From Alistipes sp. (GTDB lineage Bacteria; Bacteroidota; Bacteroidia; Bacteroidales; Rikenellaceae), in NCBI GenBank assembly GCA_045656185.1, contig JAZOQR010000061.1, positions 36,784 through 100,783 of the forward strand: 64,000 bases of DNA. The letters run 5' to 3'. Both the position numbers and the translations under genes were made by a program. Positions 56,838 to 64,000 of the stretch are shown here, piece after piece. The notes beneath the pieces were generated by a model that was not told the DNA's origin, searched no databases, and worked only from the letters and a program-made list of their open reading frames with translations. Numbering within the stretch: the first letter of the stretch is position 1; each line of letters starts with the position of its first letter.

Positions 56838-57893
56838 ATGAGTAATGAAAATATGTTTATCTTTGCTAATCCCGAGTGGTTGTGGTTGCTTTTGGCAGTC
56901 GTAGTCATTCCGATTATATATCTACTACTACGCATATATCGCAATCACAAGCTTAAGCGTTTTGGAAATGTAGCAGTGCTACAAAGCCTTATGCCAGACT
57001 ACTTTGGTGTTAGAGGCTGGATTAGGATCGTACTTTTTAGTCTCTCTATTGGTTTTATTGCGTTGGCGTTGGCGCGTCCGCAAACTGGCTCAAAGTTGCA
57101 TAAAGCGGAGATTGAGGGCCGCGAGGTAGTCCTTGTGGTTGATGTCTCTAACTCTATGCTTGCCGAGGATGTTACCCCAAGCCGTATGGATCGTACGCGA
57201 TATGCTATTTCGCGCCTTTTGGGGAGTATGAAGGATGATAGAATTGGTATCGTTGCCTTTGCCGATGAGGCTGAGGTGGTGTTGCCTATCACGGGTGACT
57301 ATAAGATGGCTAATGCTGTGGTTAAGCGTCTTTCGCCATCGCTTATAGCGCAGCAAGGTACCGATATAGGCAAGGCGTTGGAGGTTGCGCTTCTATCCTT
57401 TACCGGGAGTACTAAGGAGTCGCATAGTCGCGTGGTGATACTAATCACAGATGGTGAGGAGCACAACGAGCGCACCGAGGCAGCTATCGAGAGTGCGAAG
57501 GCTCAGGGTGTTATGGTGTGTGCTATTGGTATTGGTACTCCTGAGGGTACGCCGCTAAAGATTGATGGCAAGCATATCGAGGATGAGGATGGCAAGATGG
57601 TGGTTACCAAGCTCGGAGAGCCACTGTTGCAGCATATTGTTGAGGCTACGGGTGGTATCTATATACGTTCGCGCAATGACAGTTTCGGTCTTGATGAGAT
57701 TATTGAGCGTCTCGACGAGATTGAGGAGACAGAGCTTATGCAGATAACCTTTGAGGAGTACGATGAGCAGTATCAGTGGTTTTTGGGTGCTGCGTTATTG
57801 CTACTTCTTATCGAGTCTCTTGTTATGGAGCGTCGTAACCCATTATTGAAGGATGTACGCCTATTTGAAAGAGAGAGTAACAACATAAAATAA
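56838..57893 (+). CDS. batB: vWA domain protein BatB
   Basis: FANPEWLWLL, DVSNSMLAED, QGTDI, ITDGEEH, GIGTPEG. Confidence 0.88.
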   Translation: MSNENMFIFANPEWLWLLLAVVVIPIIYLLLRIYRNHKLKRFGNVAVLQSLMPDYFGVRGWIRIVLFSLSIGFIALALARPQTGSKLHKAEIEGREVVLVVDVSNSMLAEDVTPSRMDRTRYAISRLLGSMKDDRIGIVAFADEAEVVLPITGDYKMANAVVKRLSPSLIAQQGTDIGKALEVALLSFTGSTKESHSRVVILITDGEEHNERTEAAIESAKAQGVMVCAIGIGTPEGTPLKIDGKHIEDEDGKMVVTKLGEPLLQHIVEATGGIYIRSRNDSFGLDEIIERLDEIEETELMQITFEEYDEQYQWFLGAALLLLLIESLVMERRNPLLKDVRLFERESNNIK

Positions 57894-57913
57894 CTAATAT
57901 AAATTTTAGAATT

Positions 57914-59371
57914 ATGACAATCAGAGATTTACAGCCAAAGCTTATTTGGGAGCAGTTTGATGACATCTGCCAGGTGCCACGTCCATCAAAGAAGGAGGGC
58001 AAAATTATTGCTTGGCTTATTGAGTTCGCGAAGAAGCATAATATTGAGTACCAGACCGACGAGACTGGTAATGTTGTTATGCGCAAGCCTGCAACTAAGG
58101 GCTTTGAGGATCGTCCAGCGGTTATCCTTCAGTCACATATGGATATGGTGTGCGAGAAGAACTCAAACAAGGAGTTCGACTTCGAGAACGATCCTATTGA
58201 GCCTTGGATTGATGGCGAGTGGGTTAAGGCCAAGGATACAACTCTCGGTGCAGATTGTGGTATCGGTATGGCTGCGGCTCTTGCAGTGTTGTTGGATGAG
58301 AGCCTTGAGCACCCAGCTATTGAGGCACTCTTTACGGTAGATGAGGAGACAGGTCTTACAGGAGCCTTTGGTCTTGGCGAGGGTATGCTTACAGGTAAGT
58401 ATCTCGTGAACCTCGACTCTGAGGATGAGGGTGAGATCTTCATTGGTTGTGCTGGTGGTATCGACACAGTTGCTACGCTCAACTACGAGAGCGAGGAGGT
58501 TCCTGAGGGTTACGCCTTCGTACGTCTTGAGATTGGTGACTTGCTTGGTGGTCACTCTGGTGACGATATCGATAAGGGTCGTGCTAACTCTAACAAGCTT
58601 TTGGCTCGCTTCCTCTACAATGCTATCGACAAGTTCGGTGTTGCGTTGGCAGAGTTCGATGGTGGTAACCTTCGCAATGCTATCCCACGTGAGGCATACG
58701 CTATCGTAGGTGTTCCTGCTGCTGAGAAGGAGGACTTCGAGGAGCGCTATTTGGAGTTTGGTCAGATGATGATGGAGGAGTTCAAGCACACAGAGCCACG
58801 TATGCGTTTTGCTGTTAGCGATGTTGAGGTTCAGCCTACAAAGGTTATGACCAACGACGAGCTTTGCTACTTCTTGCTCGCTTTGGTAGGTCTTCCAAAC
58901 GGCATCCTTGGTATGTCGTTCGCTATGCCAGGCCTTGTTGAGACCTCTTCGAACCTTGCCTCTGTGAAGTTCGACACCGAGAATGAGGTTATCACTGTAA
59001 CTACATCGCAGCGTTCATCTGTTGAGAGCGCTAAGTTGTATGCATCGCAGACTATCGAGTCGGTATTCTACCTTGCAGGTTTTGATGTTCAGCATTCAGA
59101 TGGTTACCCAGGTTGGGCTCCTAATCCAGACTCTAAGCTCCTTACCGAGACTGTTCAGTGCTACCGCGACCTCTTTGGCACAGAGCCTAAGGTACGCGCT
59201 ATCCATGCAGGCTTGGAGTGTGGTTTGTTCCTTGAGAAGTACCCACACTTGGAGATGGTATCATTTGGTCCAACTTTGCGTGGTGTGCACTCTCCAGACG
59301 AGCGTCTTGAGATCTCTACTGTAGATAAGTTCTGGAAGTTGTTAGTAGAGCTTTTGAAGCGTATAGCATAA
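57914..59371 (+). CDS. pepD: aminoacyl-histidine dipeptidase (M20C)
   Basis: LQSHMDMV, TTLGAD, DEETG, NLDSE, IHAGLECG, HSPDE. Confidence 0.95.
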   Translation: MTIRDLQPKLIWEQFDDICQVPRPSKKEGKIIAWLIEFAKKHNIEYQTDETGNVVMRKPATKGFEDRPAVILQSHMDMVCEKNSNKEFDFENDPIEPWIDGEWVKAKDTTLGADCGIGMAAALAVLLDESLEHPAIEALFTVDEETGLTGAFGLGEGMLTGKYLVNLDSEDEGEIFIGCAGGIDTVATLNYESEEVPEGYAFVRLEIGDLLGGHSGDDIDKGRANSNKLLARFLYNAIDKFGVALAEFDGGNLRNAIPREAYAIVGVPAAEKEDFEERYLEFGQMMMEEFKHTEPRMRFAVSDVEVQPTKVMTNDELCYFLLALVGLPNGILGMSFAMPGLVETSSNLASVKFDTENEVITVTTSQRSSVESAKLYASQTIESVFYLAGFDVQHSDGYPGWAPNPDSKLLTETVQCYRDLFGTEPKVRAIHAGLECGLFLEKYPHLEMVSFGPTLRGVHSPDERLEISTVDKFWKLLVELLKRIA

Positions 59372-59379
59372 TTCAATCT

Positions 59380-60183
59380 TTGGCTATGGTAAACATATTA
59401 CCCATAGTTAAGGTGTTAGAATCAACCAATATCGATGTGCGGGGTTTAGGACAAATTGTCGTAGACCCCGCTACGATTGAGGTTGGTAATAATTCTGTTG
59501 TTGCCCGTTGCCGTGTAGCGGGCATGCGTGGTTTTCGGACTATTAAGTGCTATCGTACATCACGATATAGAGACGATATCAAGGGTGTTGTCTACTATCC
59601 GCAGTCGCTTAAAATCTATAATTTTAACGGCAAAGTTGAGTATATCGATGTTGCTATTAGCAGGTGGATAGGTGGCGATGCGTTGGATGTTGTGCTCTAT
59701 CGTGGTGGTAGCGACTTGCGAGTACTAAGCCGAGCCTTTGATGCTATGGCACTTAGGCATATTAAAAAGGGTATTATACACGGTGATATCAAGCCCGAGA
59801 ATATTATTGTTCTACACTCGGGCAAGATGATGTTGGTAGATAGTGATGATCTCCCAACAGATAGTTTAGGTAACTATCAGGCTAAGGATTACGGTTCTGG
59901 GTATTACACGCATCGTCACCGTCATATACGTCGAACAGATATCTTCACAGACCATTACGCCTTGGCATTGCACTCAGCATTTCTTGCAGCATTGGTCTAC
60001 GATCCGATATTTCTCTGCGAGATGGCTACTATGGAGACCTATATAGCGACAGCATCGCAGATACTTAAGGAGCATAACGACACTGCTCATTATAATATGA
60101 TAGTGGCTATGCAGCGCTCAATTATGGGTAAGATTGATGGTCTTGAGGCTCTATTTGAGTCTATTGTAATGGCAAACGAGTAG
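59380..60183 (+). CDS. protein kinase-like domain protein
   Basis: IKCY, IIHGDIKPENIIV, LVDSDD; start codon uncertain. Confidence 0.65.
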   Translation: MAMVNILPIVKVLESTNIDVRGLGQIVVDPATIEVGNNSVVARCRVAGMRGFRTIKCYRTSRYRDDIKGVVYYPQSLKIYNFNGKVEYIDVAISRWIGGDALDVVLYRGGSDLRVLSRAFDAMALRHIKKGIIHGDIKPENIIVLHSGKMMLVDSDDLPTDSLGNYQAKDYGSGYYTHRHRHIRRTDIFTDHYALALHSAFLAALVYDPIFLCEMATMETYIATASQILKEHNDTAHYNMIVAMQRSIMGKIDGLEALFESIVMANE

Positions 60184-61224
60184 GTTGCCGTTGTCGTCGT
60201 AGAGGTGCATACCGCTGCCCTCGCAGTATTGCCACATCTTGCAGTTGGCGCATTTTCCCTTTTTTGTCCATTCGCGATTGCGGAACTTCTCAAAGCGATT
60301 TTGCCATACGTCCCAGAAGCTATCCTTATAAATATTTCCTTGGGTGAAGTTAGCTCGTACACTTGTGCAACCAGATATATCGCCATTCACACGAATAGAT
60401 GCTATGCCGATGCCAGCGTAGCACTCGTATGGGTTTGTGCGCACACGCATCTCATAGCCGCCGAGGAAGCCCTCACAACTATATGATGCGGCGATGCGTC
60501 CCTCCTTACGTGTCTTGAGTATAAATTCCATCATCGCGGTATACTCCTCGTCGCTAAGTTGCAAAGTCTTATCCTCTGCTGCTCGACCTACTGGGAATAT
60601 TGCAAACAATCGCCATTTGCGCACACCGAGCGAGATTAGAAACTCCTTAAACTCCTCCAAGCGGGGTAGCAGGGCAGGTGTCACGCAGGTCACCACATCC
60701 GACACCAACTCTTTGTCTGCCGATATCATACGCACGGCCTCCACAGCGTGCGCGAAACTATCCTTGTTTTGGCGTATGTGGTAGTGGTGCTCCTCGAAGC
60801 CATCCAACGATACGGTAATTGAGTGCAGACCAGCGCGAATAAGCGAGTCGAGACGTTCACGACTAAGGGCAAGACCATTTGTCACCATGCCCCAAGGATA
60901 GCCACGACGATAGAGGTTAATGCCTATATGCTCAAGGTCTTTGCGCACCAGGACCTCACCACCCGATAGTATGATAAAGGTCTTATTAGGGTTAACGTTT
61001 GGGGTTATCTCGTTATCCAAGACGCGGAAAAAGTCCTCTGCGGGCATATCCTTAAACTCAGGATTTACCGTGCAGTCGCTACCGCAATGACGACACTTGA
61101 GGTTACATCGTAAGGTACACTCCCAAAAGAGCGTAGTCAGCCTATGCTCCTCTGTGCGTATCTTATGTAGCTTCTTAAAGAGCTTAAGTGCAATCCACTG
61201 GCGCAGACCTAAACGTTTTCCCAT
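60151..61224 (-). CDS. radical SAM/SPASM enzyme, TIGR04133-like (rSAM/lipoprotein system)
   Basis: LFWECTLRCNLKCRHCGSDC, WGMVTNG, CEGFLG.YE, CYAG...SGC...CANC....CEGSGMH...C. Confidence 0.85.
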   Translation of the reverse strand: MGKRLGLRQWIALKLFKKLHKIRTEEHRLTTLFWECTLRCNLKCRHCGSDCTVNPEFKDMPAEDFFRVLDNEITPNVNPNKTFIILSGGEVLVRKDLEHIGINLYRRGYPWGMVTNGLALSRERLDSLIRAGLHSITVSLDGFEEHHYHIRQNKDSFAHAVEAVRMISADKELVSDVVTCVTPALLPRLEEFKEFLISLGVRKWRLFAIFPVGRAAEDKTLQLSDEEYTAMMEFILKTRKEGRIAASYSCEGFLGGYEMRVRTNPYECYAGIGIASIRVNGDISGCTSVRANFTQGNIYKDSFWDVWQNRFEKFRNREWTKKGKCANCKMWQYCEGSGMHLYDDNGNLLVCHYNRLK

Positions 61225-61234
61225 ATATGCATCT

Positions 61235-62269
61235 CTATTTTTTGCCTATTTCAAGTATTGGATCCACACGATCGAAAGTGCCATATAGTTGCTCCGATGC
61301 CGCACGGCAACCGCCACGACAACGCTCCCAAAGTTCGCACTTATCGCAGGGTGTGAGTATTGTGTCAAAGTATTTATTCTCCGCCTCACGTTGGAGTATT
61401 GTGGTCAAAGGCTCTTGATGTATGTTGCCCATTACGCGCGGTGAGTGGTTGCAGAAGCGTACATCACCTCGGTAGTTTATCGTAAGAGGGCGCATAGCAA
61501 GGTCTGTGGTGCAGTAACTAAATGAGATGTTGGAATACTCCTTTGGGTTGAGCAGACACATCGGGGTACACACGCCATTATGTGCATACATCCCCAACTC
61601 AACGAGCTTTCTGTTGGCACGACTAAAGGCATCGCGTAGCTCCTCGTGGCTAAGGTTTAGCTCCTCGGCATACTTACGTCCTAAGCCTCCAATGTTGAAG
61701 CGGTTGAGCATTATTTGCGTTACCCCTAACGAGGCGTATAGGTCGAGCGTAGGCTCTATATCGTCGATATTTAGTCGGCTAAGGATAAATACAGGTGTTA
61801 GCCATTTGGGGTTTTGTGCCACTATGCTCTTAGCGCTCCTCATAGCCCTCTCCCACGAGCCCTCTAACATTGTGATATGGTCGTGGCGTTCGCTACGGTG
61901 CGAGAGTATAGGTATCTGTATTGCTGCAAGTCCGAGGTCCTTGTATATCGCTATATCATCTTCGGTAAGGAGTGTGCCGTTGGTAAGAAGAGCAACATTT
62001 GCACCCTTGGCGCGTGCCAATAGGACTATATCGTGTATGCGTGGTAGGAGCGTAGGCTCGCCACCTGTCAACGATATCTGTCCCACGCGAGCCTCGCTAA
62101 GCAGACGGCGTAGTGTGCGACGCGCCATACGGAAGTTTGGCGCCTCGACCTTGTACTCGCTATTGCATCCCTTGAAGTGGTTGTAGCAGAACCTGCAACT
62201 TTGGTTGCAGGCATCGGTAAGCTCGAAGATGATAATGCCTATATCGACTCTCTTTCTCGACCAGAACAT
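61235..62269 (-). CDS. second radical SAM/SPASM enzyme
   Basis: CNQSCRFCYN, TGGEP, LTNG; Cys-rich tail ending C-x2-C-x5-C-x3-C. Confidence 0.88.
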   Translation of the reverse strand: MFWSRKRVDIGIIIFELTDACNQSCRFCYNHFKGCNSEYKVEAPNFRMARRTLRRLLSEARVGQISLTGGEPTLLPRIHDIVLLARAKGANVALLTNGTLLTEDDIAIYKDLGLAAIQIPILSHRSERHDHITMLEGSWERAMRSAKSIVAQNPKWLTPVFILSRLNIDDIEPTLDLYASLGVTQIMLNRFNIGGLGRKYAEELNLSHEELRDAFSRANRKLVELGMYAHNGVCTPMCLLNPKEYSNISFSYCTTDLAMRPLTINYRGDVRFCNHSPRVMGNIHQEPLTTILQREAENKYFDTILTPCDKCELWERCRGGCRAASEQLYGTFDRVDPILEIGKK

Positions 62270-62282
62270 AGCCTCTCGATGA

Positions 62283-62816
62283 TTAGTTCTCCTGGTCGGC
62301 TACGATGTCAAGATTGCAAATATGGGTTGAATGCAATGCCGCATGGTAACCATCTATCATCCACCAAACCGAGAGTTTTGCTTCGCCAACATAATCTCCT
62401 ACATCGAGTGTGAAGACTCGCTGATTGTCCTCGCCCTCGCCTGTGCTCTCCTGAATTACTCTGATATCTGAGTTTGTAACAACAAACTTAGGAAAACAAG
62501 CGGTGTTTGTATCAAACTCAAATGTAAACTGTCGGCCATTGCTAACTGTTATTGTCTGCTGATCCTCACCCTCATTTAGAAGGTTGATATTGTATACAGG
62601 ATCCTGATACTCAGGCTCTGGAATATGAACATCGTAACAACCAGACATAACAGTGCCACAACCTGTGGAGGTGATAGCCAAAAGGCTCAATAGAGCACCA
62701 CCCAGACTATACTTTAGGCGTGTAGCGCGCTTACTACGACCTGCAGATAACAAGTACCAAAGTGATACAGCAGCGAATGCCACGCCGAGAACGATAAATA
62801 GTACTGTACGTTTCAT
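62283..62816 (-). CDS. putative membrane/lipoprotein with extended N-terminal leader and CY motif
   Basis: TM, basic linker, second hydrophobic stretch ending STGC, then TVMSGCYD and a beta-rich domain. Confidence 0.65.
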   Translation of the reverse strand: MKRTVLFIVLGVAFAAVSLWYLLSAGRSKRATRLKYSLGGALLSLLAITSTGCGTVMSGCYDVHIPEPEYQDPVYNINLLNEGEDQQTITVSNGRQFTFEFDTNTACFPKFVVTNSDIRVIQESTGEGEDNQRVFTLDVGDYVGEAKLSVWWMIDGYHAALHSTHICNLDIVADQEN

Positions 62817-62854
62817 AGTATTAAGGTGTTATGAGTGTCGTATAACTTTGGGTA

Positions 62855-63232
62855 TTACTCCTCGTCGACGCGATTAAGTTCTATATCGCCAAGATCTAAA
62901 ACCTTTATTTCATCCTCTGCCCAACTCTGGTCTGTAGGGAGCTCTATGCGGTGGGGTTGAAACTCTCCGCCATTTAACTCTCCATCATCATCCGTGAAGT
63001 GTATCTCTGCCAATCTGCCACAGACGCGGAACTCGCCAGATTTATTGGAGTAGCCACCCTGAATATCGGTGCTAATATGAATACCCTCAATAGGCTCACC
63101 CTCAGAGTCAACAACGCGACCTGAGGCCTGGAAGTTGGCGTTATACTCTGTGTCGGGGCAAGCATAACACGCCACGCAGGTTAGTGACATGCCAAAGAGT
63201 GCGAATATGCGGGTTAAGATTTTGCCTAACAT
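62855..63232 (-). CDS. radical SAM-associated putative lipoprotein (TIGR04134-like)
   Basis: Signal ending LTCVACYACP; GRVVDSEGEPIEGI; DDDGELNGGEF. Confidence 0.7.
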   Translation of the reverse strand: MLGKILTRIFALFGMSLTCVACYACPDTEYNANFQASGRVVDSEGEPIEGIHISTDIQGGYSNKSGEFRVCGRLAEIHFTDDDGELNGGEFQPHRIELPTDQSWAEDEIKVLDLGDIELNRVDEE

Positions 63233-63244
63233 AACACAATTTTT

Positions 63245-64000
63245 TTAGTGCTGATTAACCAAAAAGTCTGGTCTGCCAAAATTGAAACCGACACCTACAA
63301 AGAAGTTGTAAGATGTAGCCTTTGGTGATATCCACGAATCCACCTCCGACATTGTCGTTGGGGTAAACTCATCGACATAGTTTTTCTTGCTTCCGATGTA
63401 GTCCATACCGAAGAAGATGTTGATTGCTCGTGGGTGGATATTCACCGCAGCGCCATAGATGCCAGGGGTATTACCATTTAGGAATGTGTGGCTTGCAGTA
63501 AGTGTAATCCAGTTTGTTGGACGAATATTAAATGATGTAGTAAACTCTGTTGCTATGGCATTGCGGTATAGGCGTGTGTGCGATAGCGCACCTACAGCAA
63601 AGTGATTGCCAAGGAAGTTGAACTCAGCACCAAGGTTGATGTTTGTTGTAAGGCGTGTGGTGTAGTCTGAGAATGTGTCAGGCATATCAATATCTGTCTG
63701 GTCTAACAACTCGACAACACCTGTATTATCGTTTACTTCACCGTTAATTGTTCCCTCCATTTGAGTCTTTGATGACCATTTGATAAAGCCTAAATCGGTA
63801 ATTGCTCCCGATAGCTTTAGTCTATTGTCCCAGAAGCGCATCTCTGCACCAAGGTCGATAGCTCCACCGAAACTATGGAGGTTGCTCCATACAAACCCTG
63901 CTGTATCATTCCAAGTTATATCTGGGTTTGTCTGACCGTTATAATCTGCACTATTATACTCGATGCTGTTGATCTTTATATTGCCCGATACCGAGTATTT
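63245..64000 (-). CDS. outer-membrane beta-barrel protein (DUF5723-like), 3' part
   Basis: The frame extends upstream of the ORF-track ATG: GGAIDLGAE...SGAITDLGFIKW...NLGAEF...VGFNFG. Confidence 0.7.
   Translation of the reverse strand, partial: KYSVSGNIKINSIEYNSADYNGQTNPDITWNDTAGFVWSNLHSFGGAIDLGAEMRFWDNRLKLSGAITDLGFIKWSSKTQMEGTINGEVNDNTGVVELLDQTDIDMPDTFSDYTTRLTTNINLGAEFNFLGNHFAVGALSHTRLYRNAIATEFTTSFNIRPTNWITLTASHTFLNGNTPGIYGAAVNIHPRAINIFFGMDYIGSKKNYVDEFTPTTMSEVDSWISPKATSYNFFVGVGFNFGRPDFLVNQH

Overview
Core-chromosome segment of a Bacteroidales bacterium, most likely Rikenellaceae/Alistipes-like (TAnnTTTG -7 promoters, Bat operon, DUF5723, rSAM/lipoprotein locus). It holds about 55 mostly housekeeping genes (fabF/fabH, rlmH, dnaB, sppA, frr, pyrH, dxs, dapD, pheS, mnmG, ilvE, metG, recG, serS, nth, moxR-bat, pepD). 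No rRNA, tRNA, CRISPR array or intact transposase was seen. The window probably contains oriC (about 11.27-11.57 kb) and two parS-like sites. Notable items: (1) five copies of a 127-129 bp AATT-bounded imperfect palindrome with compensatory base changes, located at stop codons and embedded in mosaic intergenic arrays of mini-hairpins and 7-/9-mer tandem repeats; (2) an operon with two radical SAM/SPASM enzymes and two predicted lipoproteins carrying a Cys-Tyr motif near the lipobox; (3) a membrane-bound LytTR regulator with three direct repeats upstream of the fabH-fabF promoter; (4) single in-frame TAG codons in dnaB and ridA; (5) a structured metG leader; (6) a decayed HTH/zinc-ribbon mobile-element relic. 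All calls come from reading the sequence by eye, with no database searches.
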